A stretch of DNA of 63,782 bases, filler included, from an uncultured Ignavibacteriales bacterium (GTDB taxonomy: Bacteria; Zixibacteria; MSB-5A5; GN15; JAAZOE01): assembly GCA_964611355.1 (NCBI GenBank). It is 3 parts of 3 records of this genome, joined end to end, with 100 filler letters (N's around TTAATTAATTAA, not from the genome) between each part and the next. Parts side by side here need not be neighbours in the genome. Positions count along the whole stretch, not along the records: positions 52,951 to 63,782 come from CAZSYD010000068.1; 2 more parts are not named here. The stretch is one strand, 5' to 3'. The notes under the pieces are model-generated. The model worked only from the letters and a program-made list of their open reading frames with translations, was not told the DNA's origin and ran no database searches. Position numbers and translations under genes: made by a program. This document shows positions 56,995 to 63,782 of the stretch, in pieces (the first letter of the stretch is position 1; every line of letters begins with the position of its first letter).

Positions 56995-57984
56995 GTGAAC
57001 GGCATCAACAATACCATTCGGCAGTTCTGTTTTGGTCTGATCTTTCTGGTATTGACAGTATCATTTATTCAAGCCGATTCAACTGATACTTCAATAGATT
57101 CAACGGTCGCTAAAGAAGCCAAAACCGATTCGGTTACCGTATCAGCCGCCTCACCCGGAATTCCGGAAGAACCTCCAGACGTCTCGGGAACGCAGTCCGA
57201 CTCGGGGTCTCTTTTTCAGACTAAGCGGATTAACGCCTTGGTTTTAATGACAATTTTCTCGGTTGTTATTCTTCTTTATACGAAATGGGCCAAAGCCGGA
57301 AAGCCGCTTTTCGTCAGGAAAATAAGCGGCCTTGATCAGGTTGAAGAAGCGGTGGGACGCGCCACCGAAATGGGCAAGCCGGTGCTGTTTATTCCCGGAT
57401 TACAGGAAATCGACGAGATCGAAACAATCGCCGGTATTTCGATTTTGGGCCAGGTGGCCCGCATCACCGCCCGTTATGATACGCCGCTTATGGTTCCGGT
57501 TCGGTATCCGATGGTTCTGGCCGCCGGGCAGGAGGTAGTTGAGCAAGCGTATATCGAAGAGGGCAAGCCGGACGCCTGCGATAAGGATACCGTTCGTTAC
57601 GTGGCCGGCGAGCAATTCGCCTTTACCGCTACCGTCAACGGCCTGATGATGCGGGAACGTCCCGCCACAAATATTTATATGGGCGCTTTTTTCGCCGAGT
57701 CGCTTCTTCTGGCCGAGACCGGTAACGCCGCCGGATCGATTCAGATCGCCGGCACCGCCCAGCCGGCGCAGTTGCCCTTTTTTATCGCCGCCTGTGATTA
57801 TACCCTGATGGGCGAGGAGTTGTATGCCGCTTCGGCTTACCTGTCGCGCGAACCGCTTCTCCTGGGCGGTTTGAAAGGCCAGGACTGGATGAAGCTGCTT
57901 TTTGTCGTCCTGATTTTGCTGGGCGTTCTCCTGGCCGGTCTCAGTATGGGCGATTGGTACCTGTCCCTTTTTGAGAGTGTGTAA
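56995..57984 (+). CDS. Uncharacterised membrane protein (DUF6754-like; subunit A)
   Basis: Signal peptide, S/T/D-rich linker, TM, 'GL....EAVGRATEMGKP', 'AESL..AE', 'DY.L.GEE.YAA.AYL', C-terminal TM. Confidence 0.75.
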   Translation: MNGINNTIRQFCFGLIFLVLTVSFIQADSTDTSIDSTVAKEAKTDSVTVSAASPGIPEEPPDVSGTQSDSGSLFQTKRINALVLMTIFSVVILLYTKWAKAGKPLFVRKISGLDQVEEAVGRATEMGKPVLFIPGLQEIDEIETIAGISILGQVARITARYDTPLMVPVRYPMVLAAGQEVVEQAYIEEGKPDACDKDTVRYVAGEQFAFTATVNGLMMRERPATNIYMGAFFAESLLLAETGNAAGSIQIAGTAQPAQLPFFIAACDYTLMGEELYAASAYLSREPLLLGGLKGQDWMKLLFVVLILLGVLLAGLSMGDWYLSLFESV

Positions 57985-58644
57985 ATGAAAACGACGTTTC
58001 CGGCTGTAATCGCTTTCTTTTCAGGATTGGTGATGATTGTGGCTTTCTTTTTCAATCCGGAAAGAAGTTTTGTCGGCGGACTGGAGTCGGAAGTGTTGAG
58101 TTGGGTAACGATCGTCGGCGGTTTTACCCTGCTTCTGGGCGTGGTTTCGCTGGTAAGAGTCAACTATTCGGCGGTCAAAAGGAAAAGCGAAGACTGGATA
58201 TTCAAGCTGGCGACGTTGATTTCCGTATTTGTCATGGCTATTCCGGCCATACTCCCGAAAAATGTGTCGTCTCTTTTCGGGCGGGACGTCGGCTCCATTT
58301 ACGACTGGCTGTTTAATTATGTCGATGCGCCCATGATGTCGACCATGTTCGCCATGCTGGCCTTTTATATCGCCTCGGCCGCCTTTCGGGCTTTCCGGGC
58401 GCGCAACGCCGAAGCGACCCTGCTTTTGGTAACCGCCACGCTGGTCATGCTGTGGCGGGTGCCGATGGGTGAGATAGCCTTAAAGAGTATCCATGCGAAC
58501 CTGCCATATCTGATTAACACCTACATCATGAACGGCGCCAACCTGGCGGTCCAGCGCGGAATAATTATCGGCGCCGCCCTGGGAGCGGCGGCCATGTCGC
58601 TGCGGATTATGCTCGGCATTGAACGAACCTACATGGGGAAATAA
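57985..58644 (+). CDS. Uncharacterised ~6-TM membrane protein (subunit B)
   Basis: Abuts the previous stop; 'FYIASAAFRAFRARN.EA' and 'RGIIIGAALG'. Confidence 0.75.
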   Translation: MKTTFPAVIAFFSGLVMIVAFFFNPERSFVGGLESEVLSWVTIVGGFTLLLGVVSLVRVNYSAVKRKSEDWIFKLATLISVFVMAIPAILPKNVSSLFGRDVGSIYDWLFNYVDAPMMSTMFAMLAFYIASAAFRAFRARNAEATLLLVTATLVMLWRVPMGEIALKSIHANLPYLINTYIMNGANLAVQRGIIIGAALGAAAMSLRIMLGIERTYMGK

Positions 58645-58649
58645 AACCA

Positions 58650-59537
58650 ATGCAGATATGGCTGATACCGGCATATATCCTTTTAATTCTTACCGGCGTT
58701 TTTCTGCTTTACCTGGCCTTTAAGACCGAAGACCGCCGATATATCTATCTGGCAGTGGCTTTCTACGTTATTTTCCCCGTGCTGATAACACTTAAGCTTC
58801 CGATCGATATTTCTCCCGAAGCGAGGCAATTATATGATGCCGTAGAATCGCTTCCCGATTCATCAACCGTGCTTCTGACCTTTGATTATTATCCTTCGAC
58901 AGTGGCAGAAACCGAACCGATGTCGCGGGCGGCGCTGCGTCACCTTTTCGGCAAAGACTGCCGAGTGTTGACTTTGACTACTGTTCCGCTGGGCGGGCCG
59001 TCTATCGCCGAAAGAGTAACTCGTGAGATAGCCAAAGAATTCGGCAAGGTATACGGAGTTGACTATGCCAATCTGGGGTTCAAGTACAATTATGTTGCGG
59101 TACTGAAAGGTATGGGCAATTCCATCGAGGCTATCTATCCGGCCGATAATTCCGGGACTCCGTTGTCCGAAATACCGATGATGGCAGATATTAAAAACTA
59201 CAATGATATAGACTTCATTTTTCTGGTATCCGACAACGGCGTGGTCGATTACTGGATATCGATTGTCAATGCCCAGTATGGTATTCGGGTCGGATCGGGC
59301 GTAACCGCGGTGATGGCTCCCAAGTTTTACGCTTATATCGGATCGGGACAGATGACCGGACTTCTGGGCGGCATGAAAGGAGCGGCGGAATATGAATTGC
59401 TGGTTCATAAGCCGGATACGGCGGTCAAAGGCATGACTGCGCAGTCGCTGGTGCACCTGTTTATTATCCTGTCGGTGATAGCGGGCAATATCGTTTTCCT
59501 GAGCGGTAAAAGGCGGCGCAAGAGGGGGGCGGCGTGA
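58650..59537 (+). CDS. Uncharacterised membrane protein (subunit A')
   Basis: Two N-terminal TMs, alpha/beta domain with 'FDY.P...E..PM', 'YG.DY.NLG', 'GLLGG.KGAAEYE', C-terminal TM then KRRRKR. Confidence 0.75.
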   Translation: MQIWLIPAYILLILTGVFLLYLAFKTEDRRYIYLAVAFYVIFPVLITLKLPIDISPEARQLYDAVESLPDSSTVLLTFDYYPSTVAETEPMSRAALRHLFGKDCRVLTLTTVPLGGPSIAERVTREIAKEFGKVYGVDYANLGFKYNYVAVLKGMGNSIEAIYPADNSGTPLSEIPMMADIKNYNDIDFIFLVSDNGVVDYWISIVNAQYGIRVGSGVTAVMAPKFYAYIGSGQMTGLLGGMKGAAEYELLVHKPDTAVKGMTAQSLVHLFIILSVIAGNIVFLSGKRRRKRGAA

Positions 59538-60175
59538 ACCTGGTTGATTTCCTGCAAATCTGGATTATTGCCTTTTTTACTCTGTCGCTTTTCTCGTTTC
59601 TTTACCGCGATAACCCATTTTACAAGCTGGCGGAACATATCTTTGCCGGTCTTTCGGCCGGTTATTACGTCGGTCTGATCTGGCATTCGATCATCCTGCA
59701 GCAGATGATTAACCCGATGTTCGACAATGGGAAATGGTACCTGGTTTTTCCGGGTCTTCTGGGTGTTTTAATGTTTTCCCGCTTTTTCAAAAAATATCAC
59801 TGGATCAGCCGCATTTCACTGGCCTTCGTAATGGGCAATACCGCCGGGATATTTTTGCTTTCCGAACTGCACGGCAAGGTGCTTCCTCAAATGCAATCCA
59901 CGATGAACTCGCTTGTCCCGGGGCGCGGGGTCGGCGGTTATATTCTCGGACTGATTGTCGTGGTAGGGGTGCTGTCAACTTTACTCTATTTTTACTTTTC
60001 CAGGGAGCACAAAGGACTGCTGGGCGGAACGGCTAAAGTCGGTATCTGGTTTATTATGGTCTCTTTTGGAGCGCACTTTGGTTATACCGTCATGGCGCGA
60101 ATTTCGCTTCTTATCGGTCGCGTTCAGTTTCTCATTAATGATTGGTGCGGAAGTATCATCGGGCTTTTTTCCTGA
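59534..60175 (+). CDS. Uncharacterised ~6-TM membrane protein (subunit B')
   Basis: GTGA overlap with the previous gene; 'SFLY.DNP.YK.AEH.F.G...G' and 'FGA.FG.TVM.R.SLL..R'. Confidence 0.75.
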   Translation: MNLVDFLQIWIIAFFTLSLFSFLYRDNPFYKLAEHIFAGLSAGYYVGLIWHSIILQQMINPMFDNGKWYLVFPGLLGVLMFSRFFKKYHWISRISLAFVMGNTAGIFLLSELHGKVLPQMQSTMNSLVPGRGVGGYILGLIVVVGVLSTLLYFYFSREHKGLLGGTAKVGIWFIMVSFGAHFGYTVMARISLLIGRVQFLINDWCGSIIGLFS

Positions 60176-60311
60176 TTTCGGCTTATCTCGCGAGCGGCAA
60201 AATGCGAATTGCCCGGCAGGAAGTAACGCCCCTTGATAAGTTTTATATTGGCGATTGTATTTATTCTTTGCTATATTTTAAGATTAATTAAACGAACGGG
60301 AAGACGACCTG

Positions 60312-61286
60312 ATGAAAGTGATAATTCCTGCGGCGGGAGTGGGAACCCGTCTAAGGCCGCATACGCATACCATTCCAAAAGCCCTGCTGCACGTTGCCGG
60401 TAAGCCGATCCTGGCCTATATTCTGGATTCCGTCGCCCGGTTGTCGCCGGAGGAAGTGATCATCGTTACCGGTTTTTTGGGTGATAAAATTCAGAAATAC
60501 GTCTCGAAGCATTATGACCTTAACGCCAGATACGTGAAGCAGGAGAAATTGCTGGGGCTGGGCCATGCCGTTTATACGGCGCTTAACGGTTTTGATGGCG
60601 GCCCGACGTTGATAATGCTGGGCGATACCATCGTCGAAACCGATATTAAGGCATTTATCTCCAAAGGAGAAAATGTCCTGGGACTGACGCCGGTTGATGA
60701 CCCACAGCGGTTTGGCATAGCCGAAGTCGAGAATGGCCATGTTGTCGAACTGGTCGAAAAGCCTGCCAAGCCGAAATCGAACCTGGCCATTATCGGCCTG
60801 TACTATGTCAACGACGGCGCCGTTTTGAAAGAGCATCTCGACCGGTTGATTACCAGCGACAGAAAAACAAAGGAGGAATATCAGTTGACCGACGCCCTGC
60901 AATCAATGATTGATGCCGGAGTCAAATTTAACGCTTTCTCCGTTGACGGTTGGTTTGACTGCGGCAAAAAAGAAACGCTGATTGCCACGAACCGTCACCT
61001 CCTTGAAAAGCTGCAATTGCCGGTTCCCATAGAAGGTTCGGTGATTATTCCGCCCGCATTTATCGCGCCTACGGCGGTGATTGAGTCGTCGGTTATTGGT
61101 CCTTATGTTTCGGTTTCCGATAAGGCGGTGATCAAAAAGTCGATAATTCAAAATTCCATTATCGATTACGGCGCGCGGGTGGAAAACGCCTTACTGCATG
61201 ATTCGCTTATCGGACACAAGGCCATTGTCTCCTGCGATTTCAGGGCGTTGAACGTGGGCGATTCGTCGGAAATAGAGCATTTTTAA
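60312..61286 (+). CDS. Sugar-phosphate nucleotidyltransferase (long form with left-handed beta-helix)
   Basis: 'AAG.GTRLRP.T...PK', 'LGD', 'EKP', 'W.D.G', C-terminal hexapeptide repeats. Confidence 0.88.
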   Translation: MKVIIPAAGVGTRLRPHTHTIPKALLHVAGKPILAYILDSVARLSPEEVIIVTGFLGDKIQKYVSKHYDLNARYVKQEKLLGLGHAVYTALNGFDGGPTLIMLGDTIVETDIKAFISKGENVLGLTPVDDPQRFGIAEVENGHVVELVEKPAKPKSNLAIIGLYYVNDGAVLKEHLDRLITSDRKTKEEYQLTDALQSMIDAGVKFNAFSVDGWFDCGKKETLIATNRHLLEKLQLPVPIEGSVIIPPAFIAPTAVIESSVIGPYVSVSDKAVIKKSIIQNSIIDYGARVENALLHDSLIGHKAIVSCDFRALNVGDSSEIEHF

Positions 61287-61310
61287 CCGTAAAACGTTGG
61301 GGGTAATATC

Positions 61311-62474
61311 ATGAGTCCCGGTAATTTTCTTTTCACGTCCGAATCGGTGACGGAGGGGCATCCCGACAAGGTATGCGATCAGATTTCCGATGCCGTGCTT
61401 GACGCCGTTTTAATGCAGGACAAACACGGGCGGGTGGCCTGCGAAGCGTTCGTGAGCGTGGGGCTGGTAATAATCGGTGGGGAGATCACTACTTCGGCTT
61501 ACGTGGATATACACAACCTCTCCAGAAACCTCCTGAAAGAAATCGGGTATACCAATTCGAAGCACGGTTTTTCCGCCGAGGGCTGCGCCATCCTTAATGC
61601 GATCGGTTCCCAGTCGCCTGATATCGCGCAGGGGGTTAATATCGGCGGTGCGGGAGATCAGGGACTCATGTCCGGATACGCCTGCCGGGAAACGGAAGAG
61701 TTGATGCCGATGCCGATTATGCTGGCGCACAAGCTGACTATGCGACTGGCGGAAGTGCGCAAGAAAGGCATCCTGGGTTATCTTGGACCCGACGGCAAAT
61801 CGCAGGTGACCGTACGCTATATCGATAACAAACCGGTTTTAGTCGATACGGTGGTGATCTCGACACAGCATACTGAGGATATTCTTGACGATACCGGCGA
61901 TAAAATTACCGAAAAGGCGCGCCGGGAAATAATCGATCAGGTCGTTAAGCATGTCGTCCCGGATTCGATGCTTGACGATAACACCAAGTATTATATCAAT
62001 CCAACCGGCAAGTTTGTCGTTGGCGGCCCACAGGCTGATACCGGCATGACAGGGCGAAAAATTATTGTCGATACTTACGGCGGAATGGCATCGCATGGCG
62101 GCGGGGCGTTCTCCGGCAAAGATCCGACCAAGGTGGACCGTTCGGCATCATATATGACCCGTTATATCGCCAAGAACGTGGTTGCAGCGGGACTGGCCGA
62201 CAAGTGTAATATTCAGTTAGCCTATGCCATTGGAATTGCCGAACCGGTATCGATTATGGTATGGGCAGATCGAACCAATAAGATCGAGGAATCGCGGATA
62301 TCGGAGTTGATCCGTAAGCATTTTGACCTTACGCCACAGGGCATGATTGAATCGCTTGATCTCTTGCGGCCGATTTATTGCAAGACGGCTGCTTATGGTC
62401 ATTTTGGGCGGGAAGGACCTGAATTTACCTGGGAGAAAACCGACAAGGCCAAGGATTTGGCCCGTGACGCATAA
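61311..62474 (+). CDS. metK: S-adenosylmethionine synthetase
   Basis: '[13 protein letters not shown]', 'GAGDQG', '[15 protein letters not shown]', 'AAYGHFGR'. Confidence 0.98.
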   Translation: MSPGNFLFTSESVTEGHPDKVCDQISDAVLDAVLMQDKHGRVACEAFVSVGLVIIGGEITTSAYVDIHNLSRNLLKEIGYTNSKHGFSAEGCAILNAIGSQSPDIAQGVNIGGAGDQGLMSGYACRETEELMPMPIMLAHKLTMRLAEVRKKGILGYLGPDGKSQVTVRYIDNKPVLVDTVVISTQHTEDILDDTGDKITEKARREIIDQVVKHVVPDSMLDDNTKYYINPTGKFVVGGPQADTGMTGRKIIVDTYGGMASHGGGAFSGKDPTKVDRSASYMTRYIAKNVVAAGLADKCNIQLAYAIGIAEPVSIMVWADRTNKIEESRISELIRKHFDLTPQGMIESLDLLRPIYCKTAAYGHFGREGPEFTWEKTDKAKDLARDA

Positions 62475-62483
62475 AGCGCATAA

Positions 62484-63782
<1,299 letters not shown>

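Noticed and set aside
61287..61310. SAM riboswitch directly before metK
   Set aside because: The spacer is only 24 nt.

Overview
Bacterial draft-genome (probably MAG) sequence. Two artificial N44-TTAATTAATTAA-N44 linkers (26505-26604, 52851-52950) join three contigs whose adjacency is not real, and there is one 100-N scaffold gap (11449-11548). Secreted proteins ending in 'LSQNYPNPFNP...KMxLLK' tails, plus a twin dockerin-like repeat, suggest an FCB-related lineage such as Zixibacteria (inference). Segment 1 holds an exopolysaccharide locus (GT4/GT2, CapK-like ligase, O-antigen ligase, Wzx, ATP-grasp ligase, CapA-like, wecB, Wza, Wzc-N, EpsI), three paralogous Fn3 surface proteins, thiN, a PP2C phosphatase, tRNA-Arg(ACG) and a membrane-anchored reductive-dehalogenase-like gene. 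Segment 2 holds a large dockerin-tailed secreted protein, a 12-gene coupled operon (manC to HD protein, including sua5, ywlE, a DHS-like gene, FTCD, a metalloprotease, an ECF S-component and a beta-barrel), lon-nnr, alr, a GT-C, rex with its operator, nfo and a divergent ychF. Segment 3 holds cmk-plsC-rpsA, an uncharacterised four-gene membrane operon, and nucleotidyltransferase-metK-ahcY. The best leads for new biology are: (1) the four-gene DUF6754-like operon, which looks like an A-B-A'-B' duplication with inverted membrane topology; (2) an Fn3 trio whose strand layout suggests donor-strand-complemented fibres; (3) a terminator/antiterminator leader before thiN that matches no riboswitch I recognise; (4) the TM-anchored RdhA-like protein. 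All family calls are from motif recognition by eye; no searches were run.
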